The notes under the pieces were generated by a model that had not been told where the DNA came from, searched no databases, and saw only the letters and a list, made by a program, of their open reading frames with translations. The position numbers and the translations under genes are program-made. DNA of 63,819 nt, filler included, from Octopus bimaculoides (taxonomy: Eukaryota), in the NCBI RefSeq assembly GCF_001194135.2. It is 7 parts of 7 records of this genome, joined end to end, with 100 filler letters (N's around TTAATTAATTAA, not from the genome) between each part and the next. Parts side by side here need not be neighbours in the genome. Positions count along the whole stretch, not along the records: positions 43,553 to 55,776 come from NC_068990.1; positions 55,877 to 58,463 come from NC_069005.1; positions 58,564 to 63,819 come from NC_068997.1; 4 more parts are not named here. One strand, 5' to 3'. Of this stretch, positions 49,509-61,080 are shown piece after piece (within the stretch, counting starts at the first letter, position 1; the number at the start of each line of letters is the position of its first letter).

Positions 49509-52149
49509 TGTTGCAACTTAGTTGGCTCCATTTAGACACGACATTCTCCACGATAGTTTCCTTTTCTCGGCTACCTCTTATGCTATCCTTACACATTGAC
49601 TTCTTAATCCAAGTGCTTTCGTCACCAGCTCCTCTCCTTTAGCATCATACATGTCTTTATTCACAATTATTATTGTGACGGCATATCCATTTTTCCGATT
49701 CCGTCCTAATCCCGCCCGTCCATATTGCATCGTTTCTATAATCTGTCATTTCTACTGTAGTATAAGCCACCTCACTATGCTTTTCTTGCGTTTCAGTTTC
49801 TCTTCTGTCAACGCTTTTAGCTGGACATACAAACAATTGGGTCTACCGATTCTTGTAGTATAATATAGAAGTGGATCATCACAATTTTAAACTTTCTGTC
49901 AGCGATGTTAAAGGTAGCCGGAGTTTTGCTCAAACGCTATACAGTTCAACTCTTGTTAAACATAGCCGGAGACAAAGCCAATTTCATAAGAATTTACTAG
50001 TACACTATTCCATTCTATGGGTGTATGTTGGTATGTCTGTGCGCTATATATTCTTTATGACTAATTTATTGTGTATTTTACAGATAACGTACAAAGGATA
50101 AACGCCACTTGTGTAGTCTTAACATATGAGATTATGCTTTGGGGAATATATATACAGAACATTAGAGTCAATATTCTAACAGCCAGTCTTTCATTTTTAT
50201 GTCAGTTAATAAAAGAAAGAAAAAAGAACATAAATTTTGTCTGTTTATTTTTTACTCTTCTCCTGTTCCTGCTTAGAAGTTGAAAACTTTTTTATTGTAA
50301 CATTCTTTAATGTTTTGTTTTAATATTTTCCAATATTTTTAAATATCAACAAAATTGGTAAAATATTTAGCAAAATACCTTGCGATATTTAGTTGCGTTA
50401 CGTTATGCTCTGAGTTCAAATCCCACAGGAGACGAAATTGCATTCTATTCCTACGGGATCGTTACATGTAGTGGCAGTAAATGATCCCAGTTCTAAGCAA
50501 AATCAATGTGTTGTATTGTAAAGAGAAAACGTGACTGAAGTAGTGACATCTGGTGGAGCCTGCACGGGTTTGTGTGAGTCATTGATTAGTACGTTGGCTA
50601 ATGTCTATGTTCACCAGGATTACAGACATTTGGAGTAATGCATTTGTGGATGATTCTGGTTGTTGGTCTCACCGAGGTTGCTGTATCCAGCATCGTCTGA
50701 ATGTCATCGTTAGTCCGTGGATAACTCGCCAACTTTGCACATCAACTATGCAGCTTCCACAGCTTCATTTATTATCCTAAGCAAGGTGGTTATTGAATGC
50801 TATTCATTGCCAAACAGCAGTCTATTTGTTTCATAACGGCTTATTTCCATATTAACCGCTAACTCCTATTTCCAGAGATCCGGGTAGGTGTTCTATCGCC
50901 TAACCTTATCCCGAGAAATAAGAATATAAAGTAATGACAAAATGAATAAGTAACATTGGTTGAAAAAAGAAGAGATAGGAGATGAACATTTGTCTCTGTT
51001 ATTCAACCACAACATAAAAGTATATGCTAGATACACAATTTAGTAATAATCTACGTGAAAACAACCAAAGACGCATTCATCATACAGCATACACTTAAAA
51101 AGAGAAAAATAGCGAAATACACTCTTCTCAACGTCAAACCTTTATACTGGCACCGAAATCTCTAATGTCGACTGAGTTATCTTGATTAAGTAGTAAGTCG
51201 TGTGGCCAGTAACTAACCAAGGCAACCCACTCTACAAAATAACCTCTACCTATTGAACTATTTGGTCTTCCAAACCAATTAACTGGTTAAAATTCTACCA
51301 ATTGTATGCTGACTACCTCGGTAGAAAACGCGCTTCATCTCTAACCCATCAAAGATAGCCATGTGAGTGATTGATACCATTTTTAACATCTCATTCCTTA
51401 CCCGAGAATGATATACAACATGTCACTTATTTCATCAAGAATGAAGAACTGAACAAGTCACCACTACATCCATTTGAAAGCATTCGTTTATTACCACAAC
51501 TAATCGTAATTTTTTCATTACTTTAATGTTCAATTAACATTTGTGTAATATTTGCTTTCCACTTTATTTAATTCTGTTTAGCGGTCATTAGTAGATTGGT
51601 TTAATAATCACTAGTTTACTGTCTATTTATTCCTTTTTTAATTTAATTTCATTTTATGTCGTGAGCTTTTTAGCTTCAACTTATTTTTTGTAATTGGATG
51701 ATGAGAAACACTTAATGTTTCTACACTCGTTTGTTTGCTAATGTGTGTATAGTCTTAAGTGTTGTGGGAAAGTTCTTTCATCGCAAGTATATTTGCACGA
51801 TTTTGTCATTACTTTTAATAATTCCCCAGCAGCGTTTAAATATTTTTGACATTGTTGACACCATTGGATTGAAAGGTACTGCTTGGTGTCGAAACCATAC
51901 CGATTTTCAATAGAGAAGCTGATGATGGGTATTATGTTGTTTATATTGTTTGGACTTTGCTTTAAGTTATCAAGAATATATATTACTGAACAAAGTTATT
52001 AATTATACAAAATGTGGACGGAGATCAAGGAAACAAAATGGAAACAAAAACTATATATCAATCTTACGACAAGAGTGTGCCAAAGTTAACAATGATAGAA
52101 AGATGTGTGCGCGCGCGCCCCTGTTTGCGTGTGTATGTATGCGTGTGAG

Positions 52150-52224
<75 letters not shown>

Positions 52225-52857
52225 TAGAGACAGAGACAGAGAGAGAGAGAAAGAGAGAGAGAGAAAGAGAGAGAGAGAAAGAGAGAGAGAGAAAGAGAGA
52301 GAGAGACAGAAAGACTTTATCCATATTTTGATGAGTTCCTTCTCAAATACATTAGGAAAATTTCTATTCATTTATAAAGTTATCTTCTGAATGATATGAT
52401 ACTGGTTTATGTAGCTGCCTTTCTACGGAAGGCATGACCATCTTGACTGGTGCGGACATCACAGTAGTCTAAACAAAAAATCAACACCTGAATGTTGCCA
52501 TATAGACCCAAAGGACATAATGGTGATATAGTTTACCCTAGTTGCATTGCCCCTGACTCTTATTACACTGAGGTAACCACAAGAACCAGTATCACCACAT
52601 TCTAAAAATGAGACTATTGAAGATCTATATAAGAAGGCAATTGTTTTAAAACTTTTGTGTGTCAAATAGATGCAAAGAAATTCTAAAATATGAAAACTAA
52701 AATCTCTTTGATAATAAAAGTGAAAACTAGCAAATAGATGTGTTTTCTCTAGAACATGTCTGAAAGAGCTGTTCCTCATATAAACACACCAATAGACCAT
52801 AGACAAACATATGAATTTAAGTGTGCCTGTATATATGTGTATATATATATGTGTGTG

Positions 52858-52899
<42 letters not shown>

Positions 52900-54495
52900 N
52901 NNNNNNNNNNNNNNNNNNNNNNNNNNNNNNNNNNNNNNNNNNNNNNNNNNNNNNNNNNNNNNNNNNNNNNNNNNNNNNNNNNNNNNNNNNNNNNNNNNNN
53001 NNNNNNNNNNNNNNNNNNNNNNNNNNNNNNNNNNNNNNNNNNNNNNNNNNNNNNNNNNNNNNNNNNNNNNNNNNNNNNNNNNNNNNNNNNNNNNNNNNNN
53101 NNNNNNNNNNNNNNNNNNNNNNNNNNNNNNNNNNNNNNNNNNNNNNNNNNNNNNNNNNNNNNNNNNNNNNNNNNNNNNNNNNNNNNNNNNNNNNNNNNNN
53201 NNNNNNNNNNNNNNNNNNNNNNNNNNNNNNNNNNNNNNNNNNNNNNNNNNNNNNNNNNNNNNNNNNNNNNNNNNNNNNNNNNNNNNNNNNNNNNNNNNNN
53301 NNNNNNNNNNNNNNNNNNNNNNNNNNNNNNNNNNNNNNNNNNNNNNNNNNNNNNNNNNNNNNNNNNNNNNNNNNNNNNNNNNNNNNNNNNNNNNNNNNNN
53401 NNNNNNNNNNNNNNNNNNNNNNNNNNNNNNNNNNNNNNNNNNNNNNNNNNNNNNNNNNNNNNNNNNNNNNNNNNNNNNNNNNNNNNNNNNNNNNNNNNNN
53501 NNNNNNNNNNNNNNNNNNNNNNNNNNNNNNNNNNNNNNNNNNNNNNNNNNNNNNNNNNNNNNNNNNNNNNNNNNNNNNNNNNNNNNNNNNNNNNNNNNNN
53601 NNNNNNNNNNNNNNNNNNNNNNNNNNNNNNNNNNNNNNNNNNNNNNNNNNNNNNNNNNNNNNNNNNNNNNNNNNNNNNNNNNNNNNNNNNNNNNNNNNNN
53701 NNNNNNNNNNNNNNNNNNNNNNNNNNNNNNTATATATATATACACACATACTCATATACGTTTTTATGTCGATTTCAGTGATTCAAGCACGCTTGTAATA
53801 TCTTTCAAAAGCAAAGTGAACGTAATTGTTTATTGATATTTCGAAAATTTCCATATATTACTGGTTTCTACATCACGGTGTATATAAACAGTAAACTTTT
53901 CATATGAGTCTCTTTCCCAACCCACTGATGAAGGCATCACGTGCTCATACATTTTTTATTGTTATATGTTCTAGAAACACGATTGAATTCGGAACCGATG
54001 TATAATATACGATTCTATTTTAATTGTATATCGAAGTGCCTTTCCTTTTAGCTGTATTTATACCTCATACTACTTGTTCTATCTCTGATTTATTGAGCAC
54101 TCTCTCACCTGCTTTGTACAAGTATGAATAGTATTTATTCGTATAATTTTTATTCAGGCTAATTTAATTTAGGTGAGTTAAAATTATATTTTTAACGTTA
54201 TTCATAATCATTCGAGTACTCTTTTAAAGTCTTTCCTAAAGAAATTTGTCCGTATTTGTGCCAGTGATACGTCACAGGTTTCTATATCATAGTAGATATC
54301 CTGATAAAAATTGCGCTGATGAAACAATATTGTATCCAGATATGTTTATTCCTTTCTGATTGTTACAGGTATGACATAGAATATATGGATTAAGTGCCTT
54401 ATATTAAATTCAAAATATCCATAGAGCTGTTCCATACATCCGATCACATACTACAATAACAACAGCAACTACTACTATTACTACTACTACTACTG

Positions 54496-54575
<80 letters not shown>

Positions 54576-54665
54576 CCTTTATACTAAAGGCACAAGGCCT
54601 CAAATTTATGGGGAGAGGACTAGTCTGCCAGCTAACCATCTAATAATAATTACAATTATAATAAT

Positions 54666-54699
<34 letters not shown>

Positions 54700-54717
54700 T
54701 AATAATAATAATAATAA

Positions 54718-55272
54718 ATGCCCAGATGCAGTACGAGGCAGTGGCTCTCATGGCTTCTGATCTTAACTGATTGGAAGTGTTATCATGTACATGTTTTATC
54801 TTGGTACAAAAGATGGGCTACAGCAAATATTCTGCTCAATACTTCAGATTTGTTTGTCAGTTGTTTGACCTTAACCAGTTGAGCATGTCCCTTAGTGGCT
54901 GGCGATACGTGCATCTCTGATCACGTGCAGAAGTTGTGGGGAGCATCATAGCCATGTGTTGAGAGGAATTCTTTGGGGTTTGGATAATTCACCTTTGGAA
55001 ACATGAGTGTTTTGTTCAACATCCTTAAACAACCCTTATCCAGAGACCTTTTGAGCGGGATGTGCTACTCGACCTGAAAAAATTCTTACTGGGCTCCACC
55101 TGCGAGGTCATGCGCCGTTTATCTTGATATGAAATCACCATGTCGCGCACATATGATTGAGATGCATGTGCCTGGTGTACCCTTATCAGACGGCTAGTCC
55201 CGATGGGTATATTGGGCTTCATATATTTTACCCCAGTGTCACTTTGATGGCATGCATTGCTCTCTCTCACTC
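54718..55272 (+). mobile_element. Non-coding ~555-bp element embedded in (TAA)n
   Basis: GC-richer unique sequence with (TAA)n directly on both sides in the same orientation. No clear tRNA head, TIR or recognisable ORF. Strand assigned only by analogy with the TAA-flanked LINEs. Confidence 0.6.
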
Positions 55273-55355
<83 letters not shown>

Positions 55356-55465
55356 TAATAATAATAATCTATATGATAATCTGCTTGTTTGTTTGCCCGT
55401 TATACATTAGTTAGTTAGAGGAGAGGAGGTGGAGTGAGTGAAAGTGGAGTAAGAGTTAGAGAGAG

Positions 55466-55507
<42 letters not shown>

Positions 55508-55652
55508 CAGGAGTGAATAAAGAAGAGAGGAAGAAGTATGAAAAGATGATTAATATTAATACACTTAGGCCAAATGCGTCACGTGGTCAGCTGAAGTTAG
55601 AAGTAAAGAGCGAGAGAAAAAGACGACCTCAGAAAAAAGAGAGAGAGAGAGA

Positions 55653-55705
<53 letters not shown>

Positions 55706-55719
55706 AGAGAGCTAGAGAG

Positions 55720-55754
<35 letters not shown>

Positions 55755-56136
55755 AGAGAGAGAGTGAAGTGTTAAGNNNNNNNNNNNNNNNNNNNNNNNN
55801 NNNNNNNNNNNNNNNNNNNNTTAATTAATTAANNNNNNNNNNNNNNNNNNNNNNNNNNNNNNNNNNNNNNNNNNNNAAAACGGTAGAGGAGTAGGGGCCG
55901 AAACCGCGATGTCTTGAGCTAACTAGATCCTATAAAGGAGTTGTTGTGGTAGCAGACCACGAAACATGGTTGAATTTCCTCCTTTAAAACAGAGTTATTC
56001 CCCTTAGATTTAAAAAAAAAAACACGACACGACCCCCCCTCTTTCTTTTCTATTAATGCATTATTACATCGGTTCAGCAATACTACAAATTCAGTAGAAG
56101 GATGAGGCTGTATCCCAGGTACTTATTCTATCGATT

Positions 56137-56200
56137 CTAGATCAGTGATTCTCAACCGGAGTCCATACGGCTCCTGAGGATCCATATAAGATTTTTCTGG
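56137..56200 (+). mobile_element. hAT-type MITE end
   Basis: Begins CAGTGATTCTCAACC, a typical hAT/Charlie-like terminus; partner end not found. Confidence 0.4.
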
Positions 56201-57180
56201 ATAAACGCAACAAAATACTTCCCAGACGAAGGGAAGTAACTCGTATTAGATTAGTTGAAGTGTTTCGGTCTCAGTGCAGCACCTTTACCCAACGTACTAG
56301 AATATTCACAAGGTGATCGATGCCGTGTGAGTAGAATTTGATAGATGTAAATTATGAGGAACTACGTGCAACTAATAATCTTTATTGGACATGATGAATC
56401 GATAAAAAATAATGTGTCCTTCATTTTTGAGAGGGTAGTGCATAATTTGAGGGCGACCTGGCAGCTACGTTTAGCAGTCTCAGCGACCACGTAGAGTGTT
56501 CACGTTGAGAAGAATAGTGGGTGGGGGTGGTGGTGGGGGGGGGGCAAGTAGAAGGATATCTTTCAATGAACATAACACTGGATTTATAACAAGGTTGAGA
56601 TGTGGGAGACANNNNNNNNNNNNNNNNNNNNNNNNNNNNNNNNNNNNNNNNNNNNNNNNNNNNNNNNNNNNNNNNNNNNNNNNNNNNNNNNNNNNNNNNN
56701 NNNNNNNNNNNNNNNNNNNNNNNNNNNNNNNNNNNNNNNNNNNNNNNNNNNNNNNNNNNNNNNNNNNNNNNNNNNNNNNNNNNNNNNNNNNNNNNNNNNN
56801 NNNNNNNNNNNNNNNNNNNNNNNNNNNNNNNNNNNNNNNNNNNNNNNNNNNNNNNNNNNNNNNNNNNNNNNNNNNNNNNNNNNNNNNNNNNNNNNNNNNN
56901 NNNNNNNNNNNNNNNNNNNNNNNNNNNNNNNNNNNNNNNNNNNNNNNNNNNNNNNNNNNNNNNNNNNNNNNNNNNNNNNNNNNNNNNNNNNNNNNNNNNN
57001 NNNNNNNNNNNNNNNNNNNNNNNNNNNNNNNNNNNNNNNNNNNNNNNNNNNNNNNNNNNNNNNNNNNNNNNNNNNNNNNNNNNNNNNNNNNNNNNNNNNN
57101 NNNNNNNNNNNNNNNNNNNNNNNNNNNNNNNNNNNNNNNNNNNNNNNNNNNNNNNNNNNNNNNNNNNNNNNNNNNNNNNN

Positions 57181-57425
57181 GGATGGTGGCGAACCCTGCT
57201 GTACTCTTTCACCACAACTTTCTCTCACTCTTACTTCCTGTTTCTGTTGTGCCTGTAATTCAAAGGGTCAGCCTTGTCACACGGTGTCACGCTGAATATC
57301 CCCGAGAACTATGTTAAGGGTACATGTGTCTGTGGAGTGCTCAGTCACTTGCACGTTAATTTCATGAGCAGGCTGTTCCGTTGATCGGATCAACAGGAAC
57401 CCTCGACGGAGTGCCAACAACAACA
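57181..57425 (+). mobile_element. Retroposon 3' end (family D) with (AAC)n tail
   Basis: Homologous to 11325-11408; ends GACGGAGTGCCAACAACAAC. The 5' part lies in a gap. Confidence 0.7.
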
Positions 57426-58048
57426 GGTATGCCTTCTACTCTGATGTTACGACCCACATTTTCTCGATCATTTTTTTTTTACGTTATTTGGCACTCTGTC
57501 GTTCCTATTTCATCGCAAACCGCCGCACATTTTAAATCCACTTTCCACTGACTTTTATATAATTCCCTTTGGCGTGTATTATATTTAATCTTCATCTTTC
57601 TTCACATATTTCGACACTATTTCCTCAAGCATTCCTGTTGTTTGGGTTTTGTGAAGCTATTCCACGAGTATAATACTTTGTATAACAACTTTCTTACCTA
57701 AACACCATCCCAACAAAGCGATGAGCCGACAAAAATTGGAATTACGTAACTACATACCTTGCAGTAGTTAGTTATGTCTCTTTACATTCTGAGTTCAAAT
57801 CCCACCAAGGACGACTTCTATCTGTGAACTAGGATCAGTACAATCGACTATACCTCTTTTCTACCTCCATAATATTCAATAATACACTTCAGCACGTTAT
57901 ACTGCCAACCTCAGCAAGCTGATGGGATTCGAGGTTTAGCCATTCAGAATTAAGGGACTTGTTCACAGACACCATTGCAGTATTGAAGGCAGGATAAAAA
58001 GAACTAACTTTTTACTTTATTGCTTTGTAGCCTACAAGTATCTATCTG

Positions 58049-58088
<40 letters not shown>

Positions 58089-58380
58089 CCTATCTATCTA
58101 TTTATCTATCTGTCTGTCTGTTTGTCTGTCTATCTGTCTGTCTGTCTATCTGTCTGTCTGTATGTCTCTCTGTCTATCTGTCTGTCTGTCTATCTATCTG
58201 TCTGTCTACCTATCTGTCTGTCTGTCTACCTATCTGTCTGTCTGTCTGTCTATCTATCTGTCTATCTATCTATCTATCTACCTACCTATCTATCTATCTA
58301 TCTATCTATACGTGTGTGTGTGTGTGTGAAAGCTGAGAGAGAGAGAAAAAGAGAAAGAGGGAGAGAGAGAGAGAAAGAGG

Positions 58381-58419
<39 letters not shown>

Positions 58420-58563
58420 TGATGAAGGCTCAGTGAAAGAAGCTGAAAATGGTGTGACCTGATNNNNNNNNNNNNNNNNNNNNNNNNNNNNNNNNNNNNN
58501 NNNNNNNTTAATTAATTAANNNNNNNNNNNNNNNNNNNNNNNNNNNNNNNNNNNNNNNNNNNN

Positions 58564-58629
<66 letters not shown>

Positions 58630-58865
58630 ATGTATATGTATGCACGTGTGTTTAACTTGTGGTTGTCGAGAGAAGGAACTAGTTAAAATAAGTACCTGAT
58701 TTAATCAACCGTAACTGTTGGCTAAAGTGAAACACATGATCATTACCTTATGAAAATATGTAAATTCTTGCATAAAAATCAGAAACATGATCAGTATAAA
58801 AAAAGCAGAAAATGTTTATGGAATCCTTAAGTTGTTGCTGTTGTTGCTGCTGTTGTTGTTGTCGC

Positions 58866-58926
<61 letters not shown>

Positions 58927-59815
58927 TAACAGTTGGTTGTTTCACGCAAAACTTCTACTGGATCACCTGCCACACTTCTGTGTTGCTGGGGTGAATGCAG
59001 TATTGTGTGTTCTTTTTTTGTTGTTGTTAAGGGATTGAAAACTCTTGCTTGTTTTGTATTGCATCATTTTGTTTTTTCATAGGATCTGGTTACAGTGGTT
59101 TTTTTGCATTAGTGTTTGAATTGTGTGTTGTGTGTTATGCGAGTTGTGTTCTTCTGTTGGGTATTTAGTGTGTTCGTGGTTTATTTTATTTTGATATTTG
59201 CTATATAATGTGTGTCTTGTGATTATGGATTTTTTGCTTGGGTTGTATTACTGAATTGATAGTGTCTTGCGTAGGAAGTGGGTTGTTCCTAGCAAAGCTA
59301 TTTTTGGATAGTGTGTAGTGATGTGGATCCAGGTATGTCTTCTACGTTTTTGTTCATACGTTTTTTTTTATATCATGCCCAATGCTCCAGTTATTTCTGG
59401 TATTACTTTCACCTTCACGCCCTACATCTTGAATACTTCAATTTCGAGGTCTTTGCATCTTGTCTATTTCTCCACTTCTTTTTGGGGCAATATTTTGGTC
59501 AGAAGGAACTGCAATGTTCATCAGTAAGCATGTGTTTCCAATACTTGATTAATATGTCTGGGCGATTAGCTTTTATTTCTTTGTCTATTTAAACCGGCAT
59601 ATCCCAGATGTTTGTGGCCTGGTCGATGTCCTGTGCCTTGTTTGGTACATGTTTATATCATTTCTTGTGATAGTGCTAGCATATTGTCTAGTGGATACAA
59701 CCACTTACTCGGTCATGTCTGTATATATATTCAGATTTTGCAAGAGCTGGATAGCCAGAGATGATGTGGTCAACTGTCTCATTGTGCTGGTTGCACATTC
59801 TGCATTTGATGTTAG

Positions 59816-59817
<2 letters not shown>
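58927..59817 (-). mobile_element. R4/Dong-like LINE, 5'-truncated (CCHC knuckle plus RLE plus 3' UTR)
   Basis: Minus strand: KCRMCNQHNETVDHIISG.PALAKSEYIYRHDRV..WYKH..IWD..KANRPDILI..DLEIEV..GALGMI. The 3' UTR ends in (TAA)n in element sense. Confidence 0.9.
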
Positions 59818-59883
<66 letters not shown>

Positions 59884-59885
<2 letters not shown>

Positions 59886-61054
59886 TTCAAGAATTAGACG
59901 AACTAGAAACACCTACAGAAAAAATTCAAGAATTAGACGAACTAGAAACACCTACAGAAAAAGCTAAGCGCTTGAAAACCCGTGCTAAAATTGCTGCCTT
60001 AGCTATTATGACTGAAAAATGGCATGGAAAACCTCTCAATGGCAAATACCCAAAGAGAGCGAATAATGCAGATATTGACAAAGCNNNNNNNNNNNNNNNN
60101 NNNNNNNNNNNNNNNNNNNNNNNNNNNNNNNNNNNNNNNNNNNNNNNNNNNNNNNNNNNNNNNNNNNNNNNNNNNNNNNNNNNNNNNNNNNNNNNNNNNN
60201 NNNNNNNNNNNNNNNNNNNNNNNNNNNNNNNNNNNNNNNNNNNNNNNNNNNNNNNNNNNNNNNNNNNNNNNNNNNNNNNNNNNNNNNNNNNNNNNNNNNN
60301 NNNNNNNNNNNNNNNNNNNNNNNNNNNNNNNNNNNNNNNNNNNNNNNNNNNNNNNNNNNNNNNNNNNNNNNNNNNNNNNNNNNNNNNNNNNNNNNNNNNN
60401 NNNNNNNNNNNNNNNNNNNNNNNNNNNNNNNNNNNNNNNNNNNNNNNNNNNNNNNNNNNNNNNNNNNNNNNNNNNNNNNNNNNNNNNNNNNNNNNNNNNN
60501 NNNNNNNNNNNNNNNNNNNNNNNNNNNNNNNNNNNNNNNNNNNNNNNNNNNNNNNNNNNNNNNNNNNNNNNNNNNNNNNNNNNNNNNNNNNNNNNNNNNN
60601 NNNNNNNNNNNNNNNNNNNNNNNNNNNNNNNNNNNNNNNNNNNNNNNNNNNNNNNNNNNNNNNNNNNNNNNNNNNNNNNNNNNNNNNNNNNNNNNNNNNN
60701 TGAAGACGAAAACAATACCTATTGTCATAGGTGCCCTGGGAATGACAGCGAAACGGGCTGATTACTACCTAGCTCAGATACCAGGAAACCCCAAAATGGC
60801 TGAAGTCCAAAAGATAGTGCTCATGGGAACTGCCCATATCCTACGTAAAATACTGTCTATGTGATCTCAAATTTTAAAGCAAACATAATTTTCTTATGGT
60901 TTCTTAAACATTCACTTGAACAAAACTGTACAAATCCAAATATATGGTACCCTAGGCATAACACCTACATGAACTTCTAACTTGTTGTCTCTTGAGGTCT
61001 CTGGGTGAGACTTGGATCCAACTTGTACAAATGCAAAACAAAAGTCAAACATAA
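59884..61054 (+). mobile_element. R4/Dong-like LINE, 5'-truncated and gap-interrupted, flanked by (TAA)n on both sides
   Basis: EKWHGKPLNGKY..ADIDK before the gap; KTIPIVIGALGM..QKIVLMGTAHILRKILSM* after it; then a ~190-bp 3' UTR and (TAA)n. Confidence 0.9.
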
Positions 61055-61080
61055 AATAATAATAATAATAATAATAATAA

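Noticed and set aside
49520-50060. Possible decayed LINE 3' end on the minus strand
   Set aside because: Only faint resemblance and no unambiguous motif.
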